Shown: positions 44,827 to 63,998 of the stretch, one piece after another
How the letters are laid out: each line of letters opens with the position of its first letter
Position numbering within the stretch: position 1 is the stretch's first letter
Notes under the pieces: generated by a model
What the model saw: only the letters and a program-made list of their open reading frames with translations
The model's database searches: none
Told to the model about the DNA's origin: nothing
Position numbers and translations under genes: made by a program
Assembly (NCBI RefSeq): GCF_009914755.1
Contig: NC_060926.1
From: the human T2T-CHM13v2.0 reference genome, Homo sapiens
DNA length: 64,000 nucleotides
Direction: 5' to 3' (one strand)

Positions 44827-45058
44827 CTATACAGTGTAATGCAAAAGCATGAGCCATATTATTAAACACAAGCTTCTATAAATAAAATGTACATGCTGTA
44901 TGTAAATCAATGCTGCTACCATGTACTTTGACTTTCTTTCAGTTGCATGTGTGTGCACAGAAGTATATGTAGTAAAAAAAAATACAGTACATAAAACCTA
45001 TAAGAGATTGCCTTCTTTTAAATTTGGCAATATTAATTTTTTTAAAAGCAGTAGGGCA

Positions 45059-45292
<234 letters not shown>

Positions 45293-45332
45293 TCAACTAC
45301 CAGAAAGAAAAAAGTTATTTAGAGTTGCCTAC

Positions 45333-45449
45333 CTATTGGAGGTGCTTGGTATCGATCCACTGTTTTTCTCTGTCTCAAATTATATGGTCTATCATTTTCT
45401 TCTCCTTCTGCCTCTTCAACTTCTATATCTCCATCCTCCTCTTGAGATT
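45333..45449 (-). CDS. ATAD2B: ATAD2B coding exon (presumed exon 7), ESQEEDGDIEVEEAEGEENDRPYNLRQRKTVDRYQAPPI
   Basis: 117 nt; acceptor aaactag|AA, donor G|gtaggc; acidic tract followed by YNLRQRK motif. Confidence 0.92.
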
Positions 45450-46435
45450 CTAGTTTCCCACACACAAAAAGAAAAGAAAAAGGCATTATTTTAATTCAAA
45501 AGGATTGGTCTACTCTAGAACTGAATATTTACACTTTATCCATTACTCTTTCTGCACAGGTGACATTTAAGTGCCAACATATTACGTAAAGCATACATAA
45601 TTAAAAATCAACCTAAATGGATGTAAAAGAAAATACTTTCCCTGCCAATGATCAATACAATTATCTGCTAAATAAATTAATATGATCATATTTTATCTCT
45701 TGATTTACTTAGGAACTTTGATTCTCCTTGTTCATACAATGCAATAATAGAAAACAGACTTAAAATTTTACCCAACTACAGCAAACTTCAATCAATGCTC
45801 AATTAACCACTAAATAAGATTAGTATTCAAATACCACTTGATAATTCAAAAAAATATGCTTATAGGTAATTACTAATGTTACAGCAAGAGCAACTTTTGT
45901 TGGCAGTGTAATGATTTGTTAGGCCTGTTGACCACAGTTAAGCATGGATTAGTTACATTTTGGTAGCAAAGTGCACATAAGCATTGAGAGGGAGCATGAA
46001 ACAGACTTCTAGGGTATTGGTAATAGTTTATTTCTTGACATGAGTGATCAATTCTTTTTTTTTTTTTTTTTTTTTTGACACAGAGTCTCTGTCGCCAGGC
46101 TGGAGTACAGTGGCGTGATCTGGGCTTCACTGCAACCTCTGACTCCTAGATTCAAGCAATTCTCCTGCCTCAGCCTCCCGAGTAGCTGGGACTACAGGCA
46201 CGTGCCACCACGCCCGGCTCATTTTTTGTATTTTTAGTAGAGATGGGGTTTCACCATATTGGCCAAGATGGTCTCGAACTCCAGACCTGGTGATCAACCC
46301 CCCTCGGCCTCCCAATGTGCTGGGATTATAGGCGTGAGCCACCGCGCCCAGCTATAATTCATTTTTTAAACTGTATACACTTAAAAAATAAATTATAATG
46401 TACATAAATCCTAAAAGGTTTTTCTTTTTTTTTGA

Positions 46436-46540
<105 letters not shown>

Positions 46541-46873
46541 TGAGTAGCTGGGACTACAAGCATGTATCACCATGCTTGGCTAATTTTGTATTTTCAGTAG
46601 AGACGGGGTTTCACCACATTGACCAAGCTGGTCTTGAACTCCTGACTTCAGGCAATCTGCCCACCTAGGCCTCCCAAAGTGCTGGGATTACAGGCGTGAG
46701 CCAAAATATTATTTTTTAAAAATGATTTGGCAATAGCTATAACATCTAAGTACAGTTAAAATAAGAGTCTAGCTGGACGCAGAGGCACCTGCCTCTAGTC
46801 CCAAATACTTAGGAGGCTAAGGCGGGAGGATGGCTTGAGCCCAGAAGTTTGAGTTCAGCCTGGGGCAACATAG

Positions 46874-47125
<252 letters not shown>

Positions 47126-47190
47126 TGATCCACCCGCCTCAGCCTCCGAAAGTGCTGGAATTATAGGGGTGAGCCACCACACCCAGCCTC

Positions 47191-47221
<31 letters not shown>

Positions 47222-47282
47222 CCAGGCGCAGTGGCTCATGCCTATAATCCCAGCACTTTGGGAGGCCAAGGTGGGAGGATCA

Positions 47283-47597
<315 letters not shown>

Positions 47598-48538
47598 TCA
47601 ATACAACACAATCATATTAAAGCATAGAAAAAAATATAAAGCTGGCAGTGATACTTAGGGAAGTAGAAGACTAAAACTGCAAAGGGCTGGACATGGTGGC
47701 TTACGCCTATAAACCCAGCACTTTGGGAGGCTGAGGCAGGAAGACTATTTGAGCTCACGAGATCAAGACCAGCCTGGGCAACAAACATATTGAGACCCCA
47801 TCTCTACAAAAATTACAAAAGATTTAGCCGAGCATGATGGCATGTGCTTATGGTCCCAGCTACTCAGGAGGCTGACATGGGAGGATCGCTTGAGCCTGGG
47901 AGGTCAAGGCTGCAGTGAACTGTGATTGTGACAATGTGCTCCAGCCTGGGTGACAGAGTGAAAAACTGTCTCAAAAAAAAAAAAAAAAAAAAACCTGCCA
48001 AGGACTTTATATTTTACTCATGACATCAGAAAGCATTATTTGAAAAATTTTTATCGTTAGGTTGTAGAGAAAAATCAACAAATACAGTATTTATCTAAAT
48101 AATACTATAAAATACTTGTACCTAAATAAGTTATCTAAATATCCAAAACATTACTTTTTGAAAAATGTCTGTACAGTAACACAGTATTACAAGCAGAATT
48201 TCTAAATATGGCATATCTACTTTGGAAACTCTACAAAGATGTTCAGTTAATGAAAAGGCAAGAATCGCATTATAAATCTGTCTCACCTATACTGATTTTC
48301 TCCAAAGGAAGCAATTTAGAGGTTCTAGCTGTAACAACAATAATATTTGCTCAATAAAGTACCTTCATTAGAAATATCACCTCTTCAAAATTGACTAATA
48401 AAATATTAACTACAGAATTTTTAAAAAACATAGTCTTCTCAATCTAAACTACACAAATAATGGGAACTAGTAAGATTCCCCTATAAGTACTACTAATCTG
48501 CATTTACAATCTTCTGAATCTTCTGAAAATCCATTTCA

Positions 48539-48835
<297 letters not shown>

Positions 48836-49457
48836 TCAAAAAAAAAAGATTAATGCCTACAGAATTAAATCCTATAGGTGTACTGTTCATCAATTTATAA
48901 TTCATGGGGCCAATGTGCTGCTGTCATGTTCCCAACTCTGGCCCTACAAGGTCAGTCTGGGTTCTTCAGTTCAGAACCCACAAATGCCTCAGAAAAGAAC
49001 AGTATAGTCCCTTTCCACTGGTATTAGAAGTCTCTCTCTAAACTTTACTCTTTATTCCTCAGACCATACCTAAATTTGAGATCCACATAATCAGAGATTT
49101 AGAGGCCACGGATAGCAAAGTAACTATCCAGTTAGAAGGTGCCTAAGTACAAAAAAGGCCTCATCTAAGAAGCAAATGAGCCCAAAGTAAATCCCATACC
49201 AGATCACTGAAGGACTACCAATGGCTACTAATAAAATACATTACATAATGTATAATGTGCACTTAAAAGTATTTTTCCAAATGAAGGAAATGAAACTCAG
49301 ATTGCCAACTGAATTTAAATTATTTCAAATTATACAATATAGACCTCAAAATCCAAAAACCAACTACTCAGCAACATTCTACATATATTACTTGTATATT
49401 TTATTTTTCTTCCCTCCCACCTGAACTTTCTAGAATTCCAAAAAGTGCTTTACAAAC

Positions 49458-49566
49458 CTTCTTCTTCACCCTCAGTAGAAACTTCATGATGATTTTGTAT
49501 CCCATAACTATTTCTTCTTAGTGACTTTCTTCGCCTTTTCACTCTTGAATACATATCCATGTTTTC
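49458..49566 (-). CDS. ATAD2B: ATAD2B coding exon (presumed exon 6), ENMDMYSRVKRRRKSLRRNSYGIQNHHEVSTEGEEE
   Basis: 109 nt; acceptor tttaaaag|GAA, donor G|gtttgt; contains a basic NLS-like KRRRK. Confidence 0.92.
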
Positions 49567-50419
49567 CTTTTAAAGAAAGAAATCTGTCAAATAGCAACAT
49601 GACATTTATTCTCCACTACAAAAAAACAACCCAATGGGACATACCTGCTCAACAAAATTTATTGAGCACCTATTTGCGTGCCATAGATTCGTGAAAATGG
49701 AGCTTCCTAAATTCAATAAATGTAAGAAATAAAAGGGAAAACACTTACAATAAACTTATAAAAATGTAAAACACATAATGCCAGCAACATACTTTCTCCC
49801 TCAAGCAAATTACAGCCTAGTAGGAGGGAAATAAGACAATCACAGGTAATTATAAAAGAAAGTAAAATAAGTTAAATGTCATAAAGAGAGGTACAAAGTA
49901 CTCCAGAATTCAAAGAGAAGACCCTCCTTTTGTTATGGGGTAAAGGGAAGAGAGGCAGTATCTGAAATGAACCTTGAAACAAAGGTAGAACTGCATCAGT
50001 CACTAACTAGAAATATTAACAAGAGTAAAAGTTATAGGAATAAGAATGATTTGTTTACACTTAGGCAATGGTGTGTGAGAAAACAAAGTTGAAGCCAGAT
50101 CATCAACATCAAGGTGTTTTTAATCTTCAGTGCACAACAAAAAACCATTAATGGTTCAAATCAGAAGAATAACAGAATCACAGTTGCACTTTAAGGTGAC
50201 TCATCCAGCAAAAGTGAAGAGGGTCTTCTTGGAAAGGTTGTAGCAAGAGGAGAATGAAGAAAAGAAACAAGCAAGCAATAAAATCCCAAACTAAGTTGGA
50301 AATGAAGACGAAGGAACACTCATGCTAATTCAAAAACATCCAACTGTTGCATTCTCCCTTTAAATTCCTCAATTAAAATGAAAAATATTTACAAAGATTG
50401 CTACAGCTAATATACTCAC

Positions 50420-50522
50420 AAATTCTGTATCTGTCCACATTCGAAGTCGTTCTACTTCTCCTGATCGACGATTCCGTCGGATGTTAATGTTGTCCATTTC
50501 CTGTAGTACAGCTTCAGCAGTG
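50420..50522 (-). CDS. ATAD2B: ATAD2B coding exon (presumed exon 5), TAEAVLQEMDNINIRRNRRSGEVERLRMWTDTEF
   Basis: 103 nt; acceptor attgtag|C, donor TTT|gtgagt; open frame. Confidence 0.92.
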
Positions 50523-51751
50523 CTACAATCACATAATAAAATCAGGATTTAGACAATGGTGGCACCATATACATAAAAGAGCTCTTTGTGAAAGTGTAAT
50601 CAAATCATCTCTGATGTGTAACTACACACAACTTTTTTTTCTTTTTTGTTTTTTTTAGATAGAGTGTCCCTCTGTCACCCAGGCTGGAGTGCAGTGGCCT
50701 GTTCATGGCTCACTGCAGCCTCAACCTCCTGGGCTCAAGTGATCCTCCCACCTCAGCCTCCCGAGTATCTGAGACTACAGGCATGCACTACCATGCCCAG
50801 CTAACTTTTATATTTTTTTGTGGAGATGGGGTTTCACCATGTTGCCCAGGCTGTTCTTGAACTCCTGGGCTCAAGCGATTCATTCATCTCAGCCTCCCAA
50901 AGTGCTGCAATTACAGTGATGCGCCCCACCATATCCCAATTAAATACCTCTTTCATAACCAGCATCCATCAACAGAATACAGTGCCCAATAAGAAAAGCA
51001 AAACCAGGATATCTTCTACCTTAATATATACATTAAAATAAAACTTTTTAAATATAAGGCTTTTGTTAATAAGTTCCCAATAAAAAATATATAATGCCTC
51101 TATGAATAATTATCAGATACATGACACTGAAAAAATACAAATTCAATCTTTTTATTGAAGATGGTATTAAGAATAACTTGTACAAAATAATTGTATAAAA
51201 TTATTTTATCTTTATTTGTATAAAAATAAGTAATTGTATAAAATAAAACAATTTGTAAAAAGTTTAAAGCCAATATAAGGTTTACTGGAAAGACTCTTTT
51301 AGAAATTCAAGTAGAACACTGACATTCAGGAAATACATGCTAGGCCGGGAGCGGTGGCTCACGCCTGTAATCCTAGCACTTTGGGAGGCAGAGGCAGGCG
51401 GATCACGAGGTCAGGAGATAGAGACCATCCTGGCTAACACGGTGAAACCCCATCTCTACTAAAAATACAAAAAATTAGCCAGGCATGGTGACGGACACCT
51501 GTAGTCCCGGCTACTTGGGAGGCTGAGGCATGAGAATGGCATGAACTGAGGAGGCAGAGCTTGCAGTGAGCCGAGATCACGCCACTGCACTCCAGCCTGG
51601 GTGACAGAGCGAGACTCCATCTCAAAAAAAAAAAAAGGGAAAAAGAAATACATGCTAACGTCTTAGCAATTTTTTTTAAGAGATGGGGTGCTGGGCACGG
51701 TGGCTCATGCCTGTAATCCCAGCACTTTGGGAGGCCAAGGCAGGCAGATCA

Positions 51752-52002
<251 letters not shown>

Positions 52003-52524
52003 TTAGCCTCCTGAGCAGCTATGACTACAGTCTCCAGCCACCACACTTGGCTATCTTAGCAATTTTTATTTTATATTTTAAACAAATACTTAGATAACAT
52101 TAACTATGCATCTAGATACTGAACAATACTTAAGTTTTAATAGTAACTTAAGCCCAAATTTGATGTTATCACTGTAGAATATAATTTCCTCTCTTGTCAA
52201 ATAGCGATTGTACTGACCACCCTCTCCAGGCTATTGTAAAGATTAAGTAGGATGACATATTATCTGAGAAGAGTAAAGTTTTACAGATGCAGACGTTGAA
52301 CGGATAGTCAGCTCACTGACTAGCTAAGAGACTCAATCCCACATACTCAGTCTCAAAACATCTTCAATTCAAAATGTTGAACTGACCCACCACACCCAGC
52401 TTCAAGTTAAGTTTTTAAAGAACTGTATTGATTGCTAAGTCGTTGCTTATGTTATTTTTTTAAAACGTAACTGTCTTAAAAACCAAATAATTAAATGAAA
52501 CTGCTTAATACTTGGCATTCATAC

Positions 52525-52678
52525 CTATTTACTAGTTGATCAAATAACAAACTCTGGTTCACACTTTCAAATCTGTTTTTCCTGGAACGACAACTTTTTC
52601 TGACTTCCATGTCACCATTTATACAAGAAAGGTCCCCATCTCCCTTCTTTTCCCCTCGAAGGGGATGGCTTCGAAGGG
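52525..52678 (-). CDS. ATAD2B: ATAD2B coding exon (presumed exon 4), SLRSHPLRGEKKGDGDLSCINGDMEVRKSCRSRKNRFESVNQSLLFDQLVNS
   Basis: 154 nt; acceptor cttgtag|CC, donor AG|gtatga; open frame with compatible phases. Confidence 0.92.
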
Positions 52679-53042
52679 CTACAAGAAGAGAGATATTTAC
52701 ATTTCAAAGTACAGAATACAGAAAGACAGAAAAGAAAAAAAAAATCAAAAAATTACTTTTAAAAGACTACAAAAAATTTAATATAACTTTTTAAATGGCT
52801 TTAATAGTCAATAATCTAAAATTTCTATAAATTTTACAATCTGTCATAAATAATTTAAATTTCAGGTATGCTGATTTCTCAAAGTTTAACAATTACATAC
52901 TTTTTTTACTATGACTGAAATTCAGCCATTTCCAACTGTATGCTCAGCACACTATTAAATCACTCTATTTTTCCCCACTTTACTGCTTTCTCTAACATTG
53001 TAAGAATTTTAAAACTAACCAGTTTTATAATAGAATACTCAC

Positions 53043-53092
53043 ATAAGCCACTATGTCCATTTGGTAATGTAGCACCAGGCTGAGAAGTTAAC
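53043..53092 (-). CDS. ATAD2B: ATAD2B coding exon (presumed exon 3), LTSQPGATLPNGHSGL
   Basis: 50 nt; acceptor gttctag|G, donor T|gtgagt; phase matches neighbours; read by hand, not in the ORF track. Confidence 0.9.
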
Positions 53093-53811
53093 CTAGAACA
53101 CAATAATATTTAATATGCAAACACATCAACATTTGCTTATATAAGCAAGAAATGAAATACTGCTGGAATTATTTTAATCTTTAAAACTTTTTTAAAAGTA
53201 AAGATAACTTTTTTTACTGTAAGATTGGTAATATGTCAATTAATAAAATATACTAGCTAGTTAAAAGCCATTTCATTACTTCAAGAAAAGCTTTAATAAC
53301 AGATTATACACTAAGTTTACTCTGCCATCAACTCTACAAATCAAAACCCAAAAAAAAGGCTTAAGCTTAATATATACCATAAAATTAACTGAGACCATGA
53401 GTAGCAGGGGTCACAGGCATTACCTATTGGTTTTGGTTGATGAAATAAAATTCAAACAATGATAAATTTATTAACACAATAAACAGTAAGAAAAAAGTGC
53501 TTGAATACCAATATCATTTAATAATTTCTTCAAAGTATTTTATTACACATTTAATCTGACAAATCAAACAGCTGATTTATCGAAAGAGCCATTTTACAAT
53601 TCTCTCTTTTGGGTGGAAGAAGAGAAATGTAAATCACTGGAAAGTTACTAAAAAGGCCATCAAAACATGAGGACTAGGAAAAAGTCACCATACTTCTTAG
53701 TACAGTCAGAAAGTTCAAAAGTAAAAACTAAATTGCTGCATAATAAAAGAGTTGTCAATGCAAACTAAGATATTTTTGAAATATCCAACAATTATTAGTT
53801 TCGAAGATTAA

Positions 53812-54164
<353 letters not shown>

Positions 54165-54245
54165 TGACTGCCTTCTATGTGGTTTGCACAAATTTTTAAT
54201 TAAAATAATCTAACATTTTTGGTTACTCCAGTACTCTTCAAGTTA

Positions 54246-54685
<440 letters not shown>

Positions 54686-54744
54686 TTACGAGGTCAGGAG
54701 ATCGAGACCATCCTGGCTAACACGGTGAAACCCCATCTCTACTA

Positions 54745-55050
<306 letters not shown>

Positions 55051-55708
55051 CTAATATACTATCTTGGAGAAAATTTCATTTTTAGCACCACTGTATACAA
55101 TGCACATGATTCTCCAGGTATATGAGTGTGACTATAAAGTAACTAAATGGATGTAATACAGGTATTCTTACAATGTTGTCATTACACAATGCATTCCTGG
55201 AATTCTTAAGAATCACTCTCAAAATCCACTTAAAACCACACAGAAAAACCAACTTTATTACTTCATAAATATACTTTGTCTTTAGATCCAACAAAGCATT
55301 AACTCAGCTTGATCAGTTTATTCACAAGTCTTGGCACCAAATGAATTCTGACTATATACAAAGCCAAATGGTTGGAATTTCACATCACTTGAATTGTTCA
55401 AAAGAATAAGATGCAGACCCTAAAGTCATTCCACAAAAGAAATCTAAAACTTTTCAGAACAATGGTAACATCATTGGGGAAAAAAGCACAATAAGCTTTT
55501 TGTCTGCTCTAAAGAAGACAATGCTTACTTGGCTTTTATTACTAATGAAAGATCTGTTTTAAGAAAAAATCTTTAAAAACTTGTTCTTCAATTGATCCAA
55601 TGACCTTATAGTCATAGATTATTGTCATCATCATCTTTATAAAAGGGAGACTGAAAAAGGAGACACGACATGAAATACATGAGTATATTAAAAGATTTAA
55701 TATACTGA

Positions 55709-55888
<180 letters not shown>

Positions 55889-58528
55889 TAGTAGAGACAG
55901 GGTTTCACCATGTTGGCCAGGCTGATCTTGAACTCCTGACCTCAGGTGATCCACCCGCCTTGGCCTCCCAAATTGCTAAGATTACAGGCGTAAGCCACCA
56001 CGCCCAGCCTACACTGAGATTTTGTAAGGGTTAGCCTGCTTAAACGTATATGCCTAAAAGTTTCTGTATTATATGAATGTTCTCAAAAGTTGTTCACTTA
56101 AATTGAGTGGGTAGCTATTTTTTGAAAAGAAGGAAGGTGGGTTGGAGATTTTTTTCCCTGTATCGTTTCCTGAATTTTTATTTATTATTTATTATTTTTT
56201 GAGGGGACAGAGCCTCACTCTGTCGCCCACGGTGGAGTGCAGTGGCTCTATCTTGGCTCACTGCAACCTCCGCCTCCTGGATTCAAGCAATTCTCATGCC
56301 TCAGCCTCCCAAGCAGTACAGGCGTGCACCACCACACCTGGCTAATTTTTGTATTTTTAGTGTAGACAGGGTTTCACTATGTTGGCCAGGCTGGTCTCCA
56401 ACTCCTGACCTCAGATGATACCCCCCCGCCCCGACCCCCACCTCAGACTCCCAAAGTGCTGGGATTACAGGCGTGAGCCGCTGCACCTAACCCTGTTTCC
56501 TGAATTTTTAAATGGAACCAGTTTCACTTTGCATTAGGTGATTATTACGTTAGAACTTTCTACAGCTTTAATTATCTGGGGCACACGCTATTGCAATATC
56601 AGACTTAAAAATCATACTTATTCTCCCTTTCCCATATAAACTCAAGGCATTTAATGATTTATGAGGGTTATAAACCTCAATTCAAAAAAGCCCAAGTTCT
56701 GACAGACGTCACTTAACCACTACCACTCCTCAATTCTAATATGCCTCAGCAGTCCACATAGGTGGTTATACTTCTGCCTCACCTCACTACTTCCTCATTA
56801 CCTAACCACAAAAGGAAACTTTCAAGCATGCTACATTTCAGTACACAATAAATCTTTTTTTTCTTTTTCTTGAGACGGAGTCTCGCTCTGTGGCCCAGGC
56901 TGGAGTGCAGTGGCGCGATCTTGGCTCATTGCAAGCCCCGCCTCCCTGGTTCACGCCATTCTCCTGCCTCAGCCTCCTGAGTAGCTGGAACTACAGGCAC
57001 CCGCCACCACGCCTGGCTAATTTTTTGTATTTTTTAGTAGAGACGGGGTTTCACCGTGTTAGCCAGGATGGTCTCTATCTCCTGACCTCGTGATCCGCCC
57101 GCCTCGGCCTCCCAAAGTGCTGGGATTACAGGCGTGAGCCACTGCGCCCGGTTTTTTCTTTTCTTTTTTTTTTTTTTTTAAGACAGAGTCTCACTCTGTC
57201 ATCCAGGCTAGAGTGCAGTGGTACGATCTCAGCTAACTGCAACCTCTGTCTCCCAGGTTCAAGCAATTCTCGTGCCTCAGCCTCCCAACTAGCTGGGTAC
57301 AGGCACGCGCCGCCTTGCTTAGCTAATTTTTGTATTTTTAGTAGAAATGGGATTTCACCATGTTGGCCAGACTGGTCTCCAACTCCTGGCCTCAAGTGAT
57401 CCACCACCCTTGGCCTCCCAAAGTGCTGGAATTACAGGCGTGAGCCACCACACCCAGCCAAGTGTACAGTAAGTCTTATGAAAATTTCAATTTGTCTGTA
57501 TCTTAGAGTATGCGTATTATTCTAGATATATATCAGGTTAAATAAATGACTAGTAGCTAAATAAATATCCGCTGACCAAAAAAGTCAATAAAATAGCATC
57601 TGTACTCACAGTATTTGTAAGCTACAACATCTATCTATATTAGTATGTATATTTGGGAATTTCTATATACAATATAAAAACTATATATTAAAAAATATTT
57701 TTGACCAAAAACATCCTATTTTACTAAAAGTATCAATCATTAAAATTCTGTTGATACACTTGGGCCTTTAAACCCAGGTTTCACCCCAAAAGAAAACTCA
57801 TAATCTATCTCAAATCACTTAGGAAGATTCAGAAGTTCTAGGTCCACTTTTATCTCTATCTTCATCCAATTACCTAACTCTAAAATGGAAATTTATTTTG
57901 CCAATTAACAGTAATTTATTTAACGACCTTAGTGGTCTTTGCAAAGTTCTTTAGAATTCATTATTTTTCATAGCTAATACTAATTCTTATCTGTATTCAA
58001 TTTTCCTCCATATGAATTATTATTTCTAACAAATTATTTTTTGTGAAAGGACTTCAATAAGTTTACCTTAGATGCTCATAAGAGTTTAGATTACCAAAAT
58101 AAAGGAATCAAGATTCTCAGGTTCATGACATAAAAACAAATACAAGCCTTCAAGTAATTCTTAATTTTTTGTACTTATATTATCTCAAAATCTAAAATAT
58201 TTTTAACTACAAGTTTTCCTTAAAATTAAATTCTATTGAATCTAATAGGTCAAATTGCATTTTATTTTCAGGTCATCTGAAACATCAAAAGATTTTAATT
58301 CTAAAAGTTTAACAGTTACTCAGACTCCTAGATGAATAAACTAAAAAAAAAAAAAACTTTTTTTTTTTTTTTTTTACGAAGACAGGTCTCACTCTGCCAC
58401 CCGGGATGGAGTGCGATGGCGTGATCACAGCTCACTGTAGCCTCAAACTGCTAGGATCATGGCATCCTCCAGCCTTAGCCTTTCGAGTAGATCGGACTAC
58501 AAGCATGTGCCTGAAGCTAATTTTTTAG

Positions 58529-58714
<186 letters not shown>

Positions 58715-59007
58715 TAAATGTATTAGTATTCATTAGTTCAGTTTTTTACTCAAAATGCATCTAGGATTTTTTTAAAGAAATATCTCACTCTACGGTACCT
58801 AAATGATTCCTAAATGGAAGCATATCTTTCATATGCTCTCCCAAAATTTTTGAGGCCTTTTTATATGAAAGACTTCTATATGAAATATCGGCCAGGCACG
58901 GTGGCTCGTGCCTGTAATCCCAGCACTTTGGGAGGTCGAGGCGGGTGGATCACCTGAGGTCCAGAGTTCAAGACCAGCCTGACCAACATGGAGAAACCCT
59001 GTCTCTA

Positions 59008-59154
<147 letters not shown>

Positions 59155-59973
59155 TCAAAAAAAAAAAAGAAAGAAAGAAAAGAAATATCAAGATCAATTT
59201 ACATAAAGGCCTGCTGGGTGGATAAAATAAGAGAAATCTAGTATATTACTTGCACTTGAATAAACTGTTAAAATCATCTTAAAAGCCCAATTTTAACACT
59301 AAAAGAACATTGTTAGGAATATTTATCTAGAAGATATTTGATTCACTCATTTAATAAATGAAGGATAGAGATTATAACAGGTAGATCAAGTCTAAAAGTT
59401 AATGTAATTACATGGCAGTACTAAAGTAACATCATCATAATGATCCAGACCTGTTTCATCTCACAGATGTATGGGTGTGGGAAAGAAAAATAAAAATCAA
59501 CAGACTATGATTCATGTATTTTTCTACTTAGCCCCATATAATGCAAATTACAAAAACATAAAATAAACTGGTACATCTTATGGAGCATATTTTAGTAAGT
59601 ACAGAGACCCCTTAGGGACTAATAAATGTACGCAGCCTGTCAAAGTCTATATAACCCCAAATATTTTTTTCACTAGAGAATAAAAGTATCCAGAATTTAC
59701 CTACACATATAAAATCAAAATATTTTTAAATGCTTGAAGAATAAAAACAAAGGACTTCCCTTTTACTTCTGTTCAGTCACACATCATCAGCACTTCTACT
59801 TTAAAGAGTTTAAAGAACCCTTTAGTTCCCAGACCCATGTAAAAAAAAATTGTTTTTAATTAGAAAAAATAAAAATAAAGACTTGCATAAAATAGAAGTT
59901 AAAGATTCTGATTTCAATGTTTAAATCTTTTCTATGTGTGTGCCTAACCATTACTACCATTTGGGAGTAAATT

Positions 59974-60042
59974 AAACTTAATTTTAGTCAGTTTCAGAGT
60001 AAATGTCGGTAATTTACTATGAAACTGACTAAAATTAAGTTT
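59974..60042. repeat. Near-perfect inverted repeat (31-bp arms, 7-nt loop)
   Basis: aaacttaattttagtcagtttca-g-agtaaat / gtcggta / atttact-a-tgaaactgactaaaattaagttt; 30 of 31 positions pair. Confidence 0.97.
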
Positions 60043-60508
60043 TCTTGATACATACTGAACCAGACACAAAGCAAATTTAAGTTAAAAACAGGATAATAGA
60101 TGAAAAGATGTCTTTTAAAATTAATTTAAATGTCATTATATCTTAGTATATCAATTCAAGTGAAATAATAATCTTTAAAAAGGGAGATTTTATTTTCAAA
60201 TAAAAATATAACTCTGACCATATGTTTTATTTAAATTTTCAGGACTATAAACACATATGCATACTCAAGAGTCATCAAAATCCTTATTGTTTTACTTATG
60301 GTAATTTCTATTACATACCATGTATCTTTATAAAACAAATATAGAAAATAAACTTACATACAAAAATTATAAAATAAGTTTAATACAATTTACTTATAAG
60401 TATTTACAAGATACTTATTTTATAAGCTAAGAAAATTAGCATTAATATCAGCCCTGAATCACATTCAGTAATTTAAGAAAAAACAATCAATGAGTTCTCC
60501 TTTCTCAC

Positions 60509-60660
60509 CTGGCCTGTCCAGTTGATAAGTTCCATTCCTCTCGCTGACCAGTACTTCGTGATTTTGATTTGTCTTTGCAAACAGAATCAGGTTGTTTCAA
60601 AGTGCGTTTGGCTGGAGGAGATACGTGGCTATCACTTAAACTACCATCAACTTCAACTTT
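60509..60660 (-). CDS. ATAD2B: ATAD2B coding exon (presumed exon 2), KVEVDGSLSDSHVSPPAKRTLKQPDSVCKDKSKSRSTGQREEWNLSTGQAR
   Basis: 152 nt; acceptor ctttcag|AAA, donor AG|gtgaga; lies within ORF 60505..60744; peptide matches recalled ATAD2B N-terminus. Confidence 0.93.
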
Positions 60661-61149
60661 CTGAAAGACAATGTTAAAAATGTATTTATTATTCCTATTA
60701 AGATAAATAGAATTGTTAATACTAGGGGCCAGGCAGTGGCTCACTCCTGTAATCCCAGCACTTTGGGTGGCCGAGGTGGGCGATCACTTGAGGTCAGGAG
60801 TTCAAGACCAGACTGGCCAACATGGTGAAACCCCGCCTCTACCAAAAAAAAAAAAAAAAAATTAGCTGGGTGTGGTGGCAGGCACCTGTAATTCCAGCTA
60901 CTTGCTTGGGAGGCTGAAGCAAGAGAATCGCTTGAACCCAGGAGGCGGAGGCTGCCGTGAGCCGAGATCATGCCAGTGCACTCCAGCCTGGATGACAGAG
61001 CAAGACTTTGTCTCAAAAAAAAAAAAAGAATTATTAATATTCTTGGATAATCAAGCATTTCGTCAACCAATAAATTTTACTGAATTATACTACAAATATA
61101 GCAAAATGTATAATCTGTAAATATAAAAACAAGAAAGATTACATTTATA

Positions 61150-62907
<1,758 letters not shown>

Positions 62908-62944
62908 TAGGTGGGAGGCACCACACCTCGCCCAGCAACTTTTA

Positions 62945-63362
62945 AAGGTCTGAACAAAAAATATTTGCCACCTATTGTCTCTAAGGGAGGCCACTGCATC
63001 TATGCAATAAGAATCTTGGTCTCCACAACCCTTTATCTTAACCCAGACACTCCTTTATACTGACTCCAGGTTTTTAGAAAATAACTCTTCCAACAAATTG
63101 CCAATTAGAAAATCTTTGAATCCACCTATCAGTTGTAAGCCCTCCATCTTTCCCGTCTTTCCAGACTGAACTGATGTAGACCTCACACGTACTGATTGAT
63201 GTCATATGTCTTCCTAAAATGTATACAATGAAGCTATAACTCAACCACCTTGGGCACATGTTCTCAGGACCTCTTGAGACTGTGTCTTGGTCCATGGCTG
63301 CTCATATTTGGCTCAGAATAAATCTCTTTAAATATTTTACAGAGTTTGACTCTTTTTGTCAA
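62945..63362 (+). mobile_element. ERV1 LTR, MER4-group
   Basis: ttggtctccacaaccctttatcttaacccagacactcc; accaccttgggcacatgttctcaggacctcttgag; atttggctcagaataaatctctttaaatattttacagagtttgactc. Confidence 0.8.
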
Positions 63363-63561
63363 GAAGTATCTATAATCCTTTTCAATATGCTACCATATAG
63401 AAATATCTGTGACCAGGCACAGTGGCTCACACATGAAATCCCAAAACTTTGAGAGGTCAAGGCAGGACGACTGCTTGAGGCCAGGAGTGCCAGACTAGCC
63501 TGGGCAACGTAATGAGACCTTATCTCTACAAAAAACTTAAAAATAAAAATTAGTTAAGTCA

Positions 63562-63998
<437 letters not shown>

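Noticed and set aside
58343-58375. A14-C-T18 self-complementary homopolymer
   Set aside because: Explained by an antisense Alu tail next to an A-rich target site; low complexity.
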